A DNA stretch of 42,664 nucleotides from IMG/VR virus record IMGVR_UViG_3300028832_000111; one strand, written 5' to 3'. Made by a program: the position numbers and the translations under genes. Each line of letters begins with the position of its first letter. The first letter of the stretch is position 1. Below are positions 27,950-35,205 of this stretch, one piece after another. Origin of the DNA: a virus. Lineage: Duplodnaviria > Heunggongvirae > Uroviricota > Caudoviricetes. Under the pieces are notes generated by a model. It had not been told where the DNA came from, ran no database searches, and saw only the letters and a program-made list of their open reading frames with translations.

Positions 27950-28399
27950 TTACTTGTTGTCGTTATCAATCGGGATCTTAGCTCCCGTCTGCAGGAATTG
28001 GTCAAGTCTGAATCCGCGTTTCTCCCTCTCCGCCTTACGTTTCTTCCATCTCTGGACAGCCTCATCAAGTTTCTTGGCGTCGGGTACGTAACCCTTCTCA
28101 CCCGGCTTGGGCTTACCCGAATCATCATGCTTAAACACCGTGATGGGCTGGTCTATGTCAATAAGTTCTATCTGTGCCACGGTATGCCCCCAGTCGTATT
28201 CATACATCGGGATACGCACCAGACCGAAGAACATGAAACGTGGCATCACGAGCCACTGTCTTTGTTTTCGGTCTGCGAAGGCTGCGCCGTACTTTGTGCG
28301 AGAAGGGTAGCTTCTGCTTCCTCCTTTCTCATCCTCATCAGCGAATCCTTGGCCTCTGTCAAGGATGTGATAGTCATGTAGAACTGCATCAGCGGAACT
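27950..28399 (-). CDS. -1 frameshift extension of the tail assembly chaperone (gpGT-like, ~280 aa total)
   Basis: The -1 frame opens right after a TAA overlapping the A9 run and stays open to the stop at 27950; it includes the 99-aa ORF of the track. Confidence 0.75.
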   Translation of the reverse strand, partial: SSADAVLHDYHILDRGQGFADEDEKGGSRSYPSRTKYGAAFADRKQRQWLVMPRFMFFGLVRIPMYEYDWGHTVAQIELIDIDQPITVFKHDDSGKPKPGEKGYVPDAKKLDEAVQRWKKRKAEREKRGFRLDQFLQTGAKIPIDNDNK

Positions 28400-28791
28400 T
28401 TTTTTTTACCTGTTTCCAACAGGGGTTGCAGCTGAATGTCATCATACTGCTTGATGTAGTAGAACCAACGCCACAGAAACCAGTATCTGAACTTCAGCTT
28501 CCAGTAACCGTCGAGGATGATGATTGCAGCCGCCTTACAAGCGAGCTTGCGGTCCTCCATGATGACAGACATGATGTCATCGTCAGACGGTCTCTCCTTC
28601 TTTCCGTCTTTACGGAGAAGCAGACTGGTCAGTTTATCCAGCTGTCCGTTTTTCAGCCAGCGTATCTGATAGGTCTTGTTGGTGCGCAGTATCTTCACCT
28701 CGTCCGCTTCGTTGTTCTTCATCGACATGTAAAGCAGCTGAGCGTTGATGTTCGGCTGCTCCACTTTCGGTTCTTCTTTCGTCTTTGCCAT
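28246..28791 (-). CDS. tail assembly chaperone (gpG-like), 181 aa
   Basis: Lies between tail tube and tape measure; contains a slippery G-K-K-K site. Confidence 0.75.
   Translation of the reverse strand: MAKTKEEPKVEQPNINAQLLYMSMKNNEADEVKILRTNKTYQIRWLKNGQLDKLTSLLLRKDGKKERPSDDDIMSVIMEDRKLACKAAAIIILDGYWKLKFRYWFLWRWFYYIKQYDDIQLQPLLETGKKKVPLMQFYMTITSLTEAKDSLMRMRKEEAEATLLAQSTAQPSQTENKDSGS
28399..28408 (-). other. programmed -1 frameshift slippery site (T AAA AAA AAA G)
   Basis: Nine consecutive A on the minus strand give an A AAA AAA heptamer in the correct codon phase. Confidence 0.75.
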
Positions 28792-28806
28792 AAAAAGTGT
28801 CTCTTC

Positions 28807-29706
28807 TTATTCTTGATTGATTCTCATATCCAACTCCTCACGTACCCTGGCGGCGTAAGACTCCCATACGGTGTTGGCCACCTCATCGTCATTGACACAC
28901 ACCACGCTGATGCTCCTGTCACGCAAGGCGGCACGGATACCTTTCATCTCATCCCATACGCTGACCAGCTTATGTGTCGGCGTATGGTCCACATACCTGC
29001 CGTTCAGATGCTGGTAGAAGGTGTAGATGTACTGATTCATGCTGTGCTCGGTACGTTTGGGTGATATGTTACGTGCTATCTCCTCACCATGACGCTGCCA
29101 TACAGCCTTGCATGTCCTGCGAAGGATGGGGTTGAGGCTGTGACCTCCGACGAGATAAGTATTGGTGAACTGTCTGTCGAAGCCGGATGCAATCATGTTG
29201 AGCTCATTGAAGCATGAGAGCTTATAGATGTTCTTGAGATACCACTCTTCCTCATAAGGGATTTCATCGAGATGCTGACAGGGCTTGCCGTCACGGAAGA
29301 AATCCGTAGGCTCCAAGGGTGACAACGGATACATGTCATCATTGCCGTATATAAACTGCGCAGCCAGTCCCGGGATGGAACCAAGGAACATCTCCACTGT
29401 GCGTGACACGAAGCACGGACGGTACTCCTCGGGAATAAAATCCTTATGGAACACCACGTTGACCTTCTCGTAATCCTTCATCCACGGCTGCACCTGGCTC
29501 TCACCGGACAGCAGGATATGGATACGACGTATCCACGGCATGAACTTGAGGATTGCCTTCACCAGCAGCTCCTCCGTACCCCAGCTACGCCAACGCGGTG
29601 ACTCATTCAGTGACTCCACCGGACGTCCCATAGCTTCTGCACACTGCGCCTGCCATACAGGGTCATCAGTGAACACCATCGGTACTACGTAATCTATCTG
29701 TTGCAT
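28807..29706 (-). CDS. Stealth-family (CpsY/SacB-like) hexose-1-phosphate phosphotransferase, 299 aa
   Basis: CR1-like IDYVVPMVFTDDPVW; CR2-like RWRSWG...KFMPWIRRIHIL...VVFHKDFIP...FIYGNDDMY; CR3-like H..NPIL; CR4-like VCVNDD. Confidence 0.88.
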   Translation of the reverse strand: MQQIDYVVPMVFTDDPVWQAQCAEAMGRPVESLNESPRWRSWGTEELLVKAILKFMPWIRRIHILLSGESQVQPWMKDYEKVNVVFHKDFIPEEYRPCFVSRTVEMFLGSIPGLAAQFIYGNDDMYPLSPLEPTDFFRDGKPCQHLDEIPYEEEWYLKNIYKLSCFNELNMIASGFDRQFTNTYLVGGHSLNPILRRTCKAVWQRHGEEIARNISPKRTEHSMNQYIYTFYQHLNGRYVDHTPTHKLVSVWDEMKGIRAALRDRSISVVCVNDDEVANTVWESYAARVREELDMRINQE

Positions 29707-29724
29707 ATCGTCTCGTTTGAAATT

Positions 29725-29765
29725 TTAAAGGGCAGCGGTGGTTGTACGCCGCCACTACCCTTTAA
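29725..29765 (-). terminator. long hairpin after the tail tube gene (terminator/attenuator)
   Basis: 17-bp stem TTAAAGGGTAGTGGCGG/CCACCGCTGCCCTTTAA on the minus strand (two G-U pairs, one mismatch); weak U tract. Confidence 0.55.
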
Positions 29766-29785
29766 GGAATCGGTCCCGACAGCAC

Positions 29786-30403
29786 TTAGGCTGCAACCAC
29801 CTTGGTCAGCACACCGAATGAGGTGGGATCGGCAGCTGCGCTGAGATTGCCGGTCAGCACCACGCACAGAGGCTTGTTGCTGCCGTCGAAGATGGCCTGA
29901 GCCATGAACTTCGCCTTCTTGATGAAGAGCAGCTTGTCCTCGGCGTCGTTCAAGATGAGCATACCGAAGTAAACAGCCTTCTGAGGAGCTGCAAAGGCTG
30001 CGCCCTTGAAGCTGACAGCGCTGTTACCCAGGATACCGCTCTTGAGCTCGATGGTGGCTTCAACAGGAGCGCTGCCGAAGCAAGCCTCCATGATGTTGGT
30101 CTCATTGCAGGGGATCTCCAGTGTGATGGAGCCATCACCAGGAGTGAATGTGCTCACCCAAGCTGCTCCAAGACCCTTGATCTTGAAGTTGTCAACAGTA
30201 GGAGCACCGGTGTCGAAGTTGAAACCTGACTCGTCAGAGACGGGGAACTCGAACAGGTTGCTGTCGTTGCTGTTGATGCTTGCGGAAGCCTTACCTGCAC
30301 CTGAACCAGAAGTGGGGATGGTGAAATCGAAACCACCCTTCACGGCGAATACTGAGGATATGCCCTCAAATACCTCGTCTTGCAGTTGAATCTTCTTTTT
30401 CAT
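29786..30403 (-). CDS. major tail (tube) protein, 205 aa
   Basis: Position after the tail terminator and before the chaperone; size; beta-rich; followed by a hairpin as expected for a highly expressed gene. Confidence 0.75.
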   Translation of the reverse strand: MKKKIQLQDEVFEGISSVFAVKGGFDFTIPTSGSGAGKASASINSNDSNLFEFPVSDESGFNFDTGAPTVDNFKIKGLGAAWVSTFTPGDGSITLEIPCNETNIMEACFGSAPVEATIELKSGILGNSAVSFKGAAFAAPQKAVYFGMLILNDAEDKLLFIKKAKFMAQAIFDGSNKPLCVVLTGNLSAAADPTSFGVLTKVVAA

Positions 30404-30425
30404 TGTCGTATAGTTTTTGGATTGA

Positions 30426-30842
30426 TTACTCTATAGTTCTCGCATTGAACTTGGTTCTCAGCTTGAACGTTATCTGTGTGACCTGATAACCCGTGTCATC
30501 ATTGCCGCGCATGAGTATCCTCGGCTTCTTGGCTACGATATGCTTCCCGTTGATGGGAAACAGGTCGAGAACCTTCTGAATGAGGTTACTCTGTGCCCCT
30601 ATGTTGAGAGTGCCGTTGCTCTTGGCATTCACATAGACAGAGATGAGAGGGTAACAGTCCGACCGCACATCGGCGTTTCCGGCAATCATACCCAGCAGCT
30701 CCGTCGGAATCTCAAAGACCAGGAACTCCGAGAGATTGGAGTCGGTGGTCTTGGGACGTCCTAAGTACACCTTCGACGTGACGGTCAGAAGGGCTGCACT
30801 CATATCCTCATAGATGCGGTATATCAGCGGTTTGCTTGCCAT
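30426..30842 (-). CDS. tail terminator-like protein, 138 aa
   Basis: Synteny; ISVYV..K motif and C-terminal I.F.L strand pattern. Confidence 0.6.
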   Translation of the reverse strand: MASKPLIYRIYEDMSAALLTVTSKVYLGRPKTTDSNLSEFLVFEIPTELLGMIAGNADVRSDCYPLISVYVNAKSNGTLNIGAQSNLIQKVLDLFPINGKHIVAKKPRILMRGNDDTGYQVTQITFKLRTKFNARTIE

Positions 30843-30854
30843 AGTCGTAATGTG

Positions 30855-31400
30855 TTAAGCGGCTCGTGGTAATCCGAGGAAGGTAGTACCCACGCGCTCG
30901 GCGTAGGCATAGGTCTGCAGGATACCGGTGGTGCTGCGTTGCTTCTCCACCCATGAAGCATACTCAACAGGGTATGCCACAACGATGTCGAACAGGTTCT
31001 TGCCCTCCGGTCTGTACGACTGGAAGAACTTGACCGCATCATCCGGTCCCCAACCCTCATCGGTCTTCACTGAAGGTGTGTAATGACTCTCAGCACCCTC
31101 ATAGTCAACCTTGAAGTGATATTTCTTGGGAGCGGTCATCTTGACCTGGATGGGATAAGAGAGACTGTCACCCGCGTAACAAGCATATACCGGTCTGCCG
31201 TTGCGATACAGACAGACCACGATAGATGTCAGCAAGTTACCGGTGAAGTCATGCTTACCCGGTGCGGACTTACGGAACTCGATAGCCCTGAGACAGAGGT
31301 CATCGCAGAAAGACTTACAGCGCTTCTCAACCTCGTTGAAAATCGCCTTCTTGTAATCCTTACAAGCCTTGTCTATGATACTGTCGTTAGTTCCTGCCAT
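30855..31400 (-). CDS. neck / HK97-gp10-like tail completion protein, 181 aa
   Basis: DFTGNLLTSI and YASWVE motifs; synteny. Confidence 0.65.
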   Translation of the reverse strand: MAGTNDSIIDKACKDYKKAIFNEVEKRCKSFCDDLCLRAIEFRKSAPGKHDFTGNLLTSIVVCLYRNGRPVYACYAGDSLSYPIQVKMTAPKKYHFKVDYEGAESHYTPSVKTDEGWGPDDAVKFFQSYRPEGKNLFDIVVAYPVEYASWVEKQRSTTGILQTYAYAERVGTTFLGLPRAA

Positions 31401-31857
31401 ATTTCCAAATCAGATGTGTCCCTCCGAAATTCGCTGGGTTGGCATCCAGCACAAAACCATATTCGGTATAACCGCCACGGTCAACAACGATGATGTCACC
31501 TGCTCTCGGCACCACACCCAGCTTCTGCCAGTCGTCCCGTGTGAGAGGCAAGGCGAGAGCACGGTATGACGTGATAACCTCTCCCTTGTCTGACGTCGTA
31601 TGCTTGTCGTAGGCGCGGCATTTGCCCTCATAGATGACCGAATCTCCCTCCTTGACCTCTTCGCCCTCCTGCGTGGGTTCTTCCTGCGCGGGATCCTGCG
31701 TCGCGTCACCGCCAGTGCCGGACGTCGGTTCGCTGTCTGCCATAGGGTCTTCGTCAAGCATGGGATTGCTGACTACCGACTCGTCTGACATGGGACCTTC
31801 GTCAGTGTTGCGCGTGATGCGGCAGGTATGGGGAAATCGCGGATTGTTGACTCTCAT
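31387..31857 (-). CDS. head closure (stopper)-like protein with an acidic insertion, 156 aa
   Basis: PRFPHTCRI...VIYEGKCRA...GDIIVV pattern; synteny. Confidence 0.6.
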   Translation of the reverse strand: MRVNNPRFPHTCRITRNTDEGPMSDESVVSNPMLDEDPMADSEPTSGTGGDATQDPAQEEPTQEGEEVKEGDSVIYEGKCRAYDKHTTSDKGEVITSYRALALPLTRDDWQKLGVVPRAGDIIVVDRGGYTEYGFVLDANPANFGGTHLIWKYGRN

Positions 31858-31861
31858 AGCT

Positions 31862-32275
31862 TTACCGTATAGGTCTGCGTATCTTGTGGAAACCGTTACC
31901 TTTCATGCCCCACTTGGGAGCAAGAGACTCGACACGCTGATCAGTGATACCCCACTTCTTCAAAAGGTCACGTGCCAGCAACAGGAACTGCTGCATCTGC
32001 GAACGTGACCACTGCTCGCTACCTTCCGAATGTTCCCAGTCACCATCCTTGTCAGACACTCTCTGTGACTGAATGGGATTGCTTGCGAAACGAATGAAAA
32101 GATAGGCTTGAGCCAGGTCCTTCTGTTTCTCAGTAAGGGTCTCGAAGGCGGTGTCAGCCTTAATGCCCGCATCAGCGAGAACACCGGACATGGTGCTCTC
32201 ACTGACGTTGGCATTGGGTGACAGGCTCTGGATATACTCCTCAGCTGTGTAGATATGTACCTCGGGTTCGGACAT
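31862..32275 (-). CDS. head-tail adaptor, 137 aa
   Basis: Small helical protein directly after the major capsid gene. Confidence 0.65.
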   Translation of the reverse strand: MSEPEVHIYTAEEYIQSLSPNANVSESTMSGVLADAGIKADTAFETLTEKQKDLAQAYLFIRFASNPIQSQRVSDKDGDWEHSEGSEQWSRSQMQQFLLLARDLLKKWGITDQRVESLAPKWGMKGNGFHKIRRPIR

Positions 32276-32297
32276 GTCAAATCACATTGTCAAAGTA

Positions 32298-33461
32298 TTA
32301 CCCGGCGTAGTCGTACCATACGGTAGCGATGCCGTAGTCATTCACGTTGTTGAACACAGGACCGGCGAAGAGCTCGCAGTCCACGATGTTCTTGATAGGA
32401 CGCTCCTGCCATGTATTGAGCACGGCGATACGTCCCTCAACGAATGAATAGCGGTCCGAAGCGCTCAGACCACCCAGCTTCACGCGGTCAACATAGACGC
32501 TGTTCATGCACTTCATCTCAAAGAGACGGTAAGCGCGTGAGGCAGCTACCATGTTGTGCTCATCGAAGGCGGGAGCATCGGCAACGGGCTTGCCGTCCTC
32601 CTCGTGACGTGACTTGAAGTCGATGACCTGGAACGGCCATATCTTCATGTCATTGTGCATCCATGCCAGCACATCGGTGCGAACCACCTTCACGTTGGTC
32701 GGTGAGAAGTAGTTCTTGCTGGCGATGTAAGCCTTCACGACACTCGGATGGAGCACGATCTTGTCGAGCAGGTTCTTCGACAGCTTCCAGTGGTCAACAC
32801 CAAGGTTGCGGACGTTGGTGTAGTAATCCTGGAAGGTCAAGATGTCCTCGATGACATCGGCGTTCTCGTTGGCGACGAGCTTGGGAGTGCCACTGGTGGT
32901 ATCCCATACATACCACTCCTTGCCAGAGTCGGGAGCTACGAAGTTCTCCTCGGGGATCTGGAACTTGAAGTCGTACTTGTAGCCGTCAACGGCGACATCG
33001 TGAATCTCACCTGTTGACATGGCCTGGAGGGTCATGTAGGAGAGTTCGTTGTGTACACCTCCGAGCATGTTGCTGGAGTTCTGTATGAAGCTGTCGGTAA
33101 TGGCCTCACCGAAGGTGATGTCATTGACCTTGCTGTAACGACGGAGCTCAATCAGGTCATCCTGGTCGATGCTGAATCCGTGACCTACCTTGGGCAGTGT
33201 GCCTCCGTAGAGTTCCCAACCCTGGGTTGAGCGCTGCGGCTTCTCGGAATGAGTACCGAGCACGCTGGCACGTACCAGGATAGGAGTCTTCTTCAGACCC
33301 TGCTTCCACTCTCTCTCGTTTGACGGCTGTCCCCACGAAGCAAACTGACGCCAAATCGCATTGTTGTACTTTGCGTTGACGTTATCGAGGATCAGACCGA
33401 AGCTCTCAGCGTCCACATACTGATGCAGACCGTTGATTCCATAAAGATTTTGGTCTCTCAT
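32298..33461 (-). CDS. major capsid protein, 387 aa
   Basis: Size, position after scaffold/decoration genes, strong codon bias (many C-ending codons), lambda-gpE-like layout (ALSTG-type motif AMSTGEI, ...F.IP..N). Confidence 0.8.
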   Translation of the reverse strand: MRDQNLYGINGLHQYVDAESFGLILDNVNAKYNNAIWRQFASWGQPSNEREWKQGLKKTPILVRASVLGTHSEKPQRSTQGWELYGGTLPKVGHGFSIDQDDLIELRRYSKVNDITFGEAITDSFIQNSSNMLGGVHNELSYMTLQAMSTGEIHDVAVDGYKYDFKFQIPEENFVAPDSGKEWYVWDTTSGTPKLVANENADVIEDILTFQDYYTNVRNLGVDHWKLSKNLLDKIVLHPSVVKAYIASKNYFSPTNVKVVRTDVLAWMHNDMKIWPFQVIDFKSRHEEDGKPVADAPAFDEHNMVAASRAYRLFEMKCMNSVYVDRVKLGGLSASDRYSFVEGRIAVLNTWQERPIKNIVDCELFAGPVFNNVNDYGIATVWYDYAG

Positions 33462-33478
33462 AATCTAATCTCCTTTGT

Positions 33479-34141
33479 TTACTTGCGGTTTGAGAAATTG
33501 AAGTAGCAACCGTTCTCGATGAGGGCCTTCTTCAGACTGGCGGTCAGAGGAGGCATACGACGCTCAAGGACGGGGCGCACGCTGAAATAGATGGGATCTA
33601 CGTCAATGGCGTAGGCATCGTTGTCAAGCACGTTGTCGCAATAGGTGAGACCGTTAGGTATGACCTTAACTTTCTTCACCACTGCAGACATGGCTTCTGC
33701 GAGGATGTCACCGACCTGGACATTGGCTGAGCTGCCACCGGTGAGACCGGTAACGGTCAGGATGTCATAGTCTGATGCTGACTTGTCGATATCGGTGATG
33801 GTCAGGACGGCTGCAGCGGCGGCGGTCAGGTCATCACCCACGACGATGAGGTTCATGCCGACCTTGGCGATACTACCGGTCTCGAACTTCTCCACCTTGA
33901 TGGTGTTCTCTTCGGTGTCAACATCCAGGACACGGAAGGTGTAGAGAGGAACGAGGGTGCGGAGCTGCTCGTCATAGAGCACGGGGGTTCCAGCAGCCAT
34001 TGCAGCGCCGTCAAGCGGCATCAATGACTTGTCGCAGGAGAAACCGCCTACTACGATCTCGGGCTTGCCCTCGTAGCACTTGCGGACACCACCGAAGCTC
34101 TTGCTGAACTTCACATAGTTGTTGATAGTTCCTGTTCTCAT
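33479..34141 (-). CDS. capsid decoration / cement protein, 220 aa
   Basis: Between scaffold and capsid; AAGTPV motif typical of head decoration proteins. Confidence 0.6.
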   Translation of the reverse strand: MRTGTINNYVKFSKSFGGVRKCYEGKPEIVVGGFSCDKSLMPLDGAAMAAGTPVLYDEQLRTLVPLYTFRVLDVDTEENTIKVEKFETGSIAKVGMNLIVVGDDLTAAAAAVLTITDIDKSASDYDILTVTGLTGGSSANVQVGDILAEAMSAVVKKVKVIPNGLTYCDNVLDNDAYAIDVDPIYFSVRPVLERRMPPLTASLKKALIENGCYFNFSNRK

Positions 34142-34187
34142 TTTTCTGTGAGTTTTTGTTTAACAAACCTTTTGTTTGCCCCCTGGA

Positions 34188-35051
34188 TTAGCAGAAGGTC
34201 TTCTCCTGTTCGGTGGCGTAGTCCGCGCTTTCCTTGGCCTCCTTCTTCAGCTGCTCGATCTTCTCCTTGACGAAGGTGTTCGTCTCTCCGCCGCCACCGC
34301 CGGTGCTTGAACCGCCGAAGGGTTGTCCTCCGTTGGGGTAGCGACGCTTGTACTCCTTCTCGTAGAAAGCCTTGATGCTGGGCTTGAGAGCGTCAGTCTT
34401 CGGGTCTTCTCCGTAATCGAGGTAAGTAGCGGCATCTTCGATGAGAGCTTGAATCTCGGCCGGGATATCTCCACCCTTGCGGGCTTCCTTCTCCAGACCG
34501 GTGAGGTAGCTGATGAGCTCGGTCTTCACGCGGTTCTTGTTGTCGGTTTTTTCCCGTGCAGCCTGTGAAGCCGTAAATGCGTTTATTGATTTCAGTGCCT
34601 TTGAAAGTTCGCTCTCGTCACCGGTCAGTCCCTTCATAGCCTCGGCTACGGCGTTACTTACCATTGTTTTGAGATCGTCCTTTCCACCTTCGCCGCCGTT
34701 ACCGCCGTCGCCACCTTCTCCACCGGGCTTATCCGGGTGAGCTTTCTTGTACTCCTCGACAGCCTTGCCAGCTGCGTCCTTGATACGCTTGGCAACATCT
34801 TGCTCATGCTGTGTGGCGTACTCGGTTTGATACTTCTTGGCGAACTCGGCTTCATCGTGACGCTTCTGCCCTGCATACTGAGTCAGCATGGCGATAGGGA
34901 GCTTCCACGTCTCTTCGGTGATTTTCGAGTCATCCGCGAAGAGAGGTAATACTGTATCGGCGATACCGTCGAAAGTTTTGTCACTGATGACCTTGGCGTT
35001 GTCTTCTCCAAGCCTGGTCCTAAATTCCTGAATTAGTGCTGTTTTTTCCAT
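34188..35051 (-). CDS. capsid scaffolding protein, 287 aa
   Basis: Charged helical protein with Gly-rich linkers; first gene of the head operon; no protease motif seen. Confidence 0.65.
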   Translation of the reverse strand: MEKTALIQEFRTRLGEDNAKVISDKTFDGIADTVLPLFADDSKITEETWKLPIAMLTQYAGQKRHDEAEFAKKYQTEYATQHEQDVAKRIKDAAGKAVEEYKKAHPDKPGGEGGDGGNGGEGGKDDLKTMVSNAVAEAMKGLTGDESELSKALKSINAFTASQAAREKTDNKNRVKTELISYLTGLEKEARKGGDIPAEIQALIEDAATYLDYGEDPKTDALKPSIKAFYEKEYKRRYPNGGQPFGGSSTGGGGGETNTFVKEKIEQLKKEAKESADYATEQEKTFC

Positions 35052-35101
35052 ACCAATTGCTATAATTTGTAAAGATTTTTCGCCAAATTATAGTGATTGG
35101 T
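35052..35101. repeat. 18-bp inverted repeat abutting the scaffold start codon
   Basis: ACCAATTGCTATAATTTG (35052-35069) / CAAATTATAGTGATTGGT (35084-35101): 16/18 Watson-Crick pairs. Confidence 0.75.
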
Positions 35102-35133
35102 GTTTTCCTAAGCGCTTTTATTTTGGTAATCTT
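35065..35133 (-). promoter_or_regulatory. copy 1 of the bipartite late-type motif, upstream of the head operon
   Basis: AAGATTACCAA (35123-35133), ACTATAATT, GAAAAATCTTTACAAAT (35065-35081). Confidence 0.75.
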
Positions 35134-35178
35134 TCATTTTACCAATGAAATACACCGTATGTGACACTTGTTCTGAAA

Positions 35179-35186
35179 TATCTTTG
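35179..35186 (+). promoter_or_regulatory. Bacteroidetes -7 element for the terminase-portal cassette
   Basis: TATCTTTG, 19 nt upstream of ATG 35206; no clear -33 element. Confidence 0.5.
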
Positions 35187-35205
35187 TCAAAAATGTATAA
35201 GAAAT

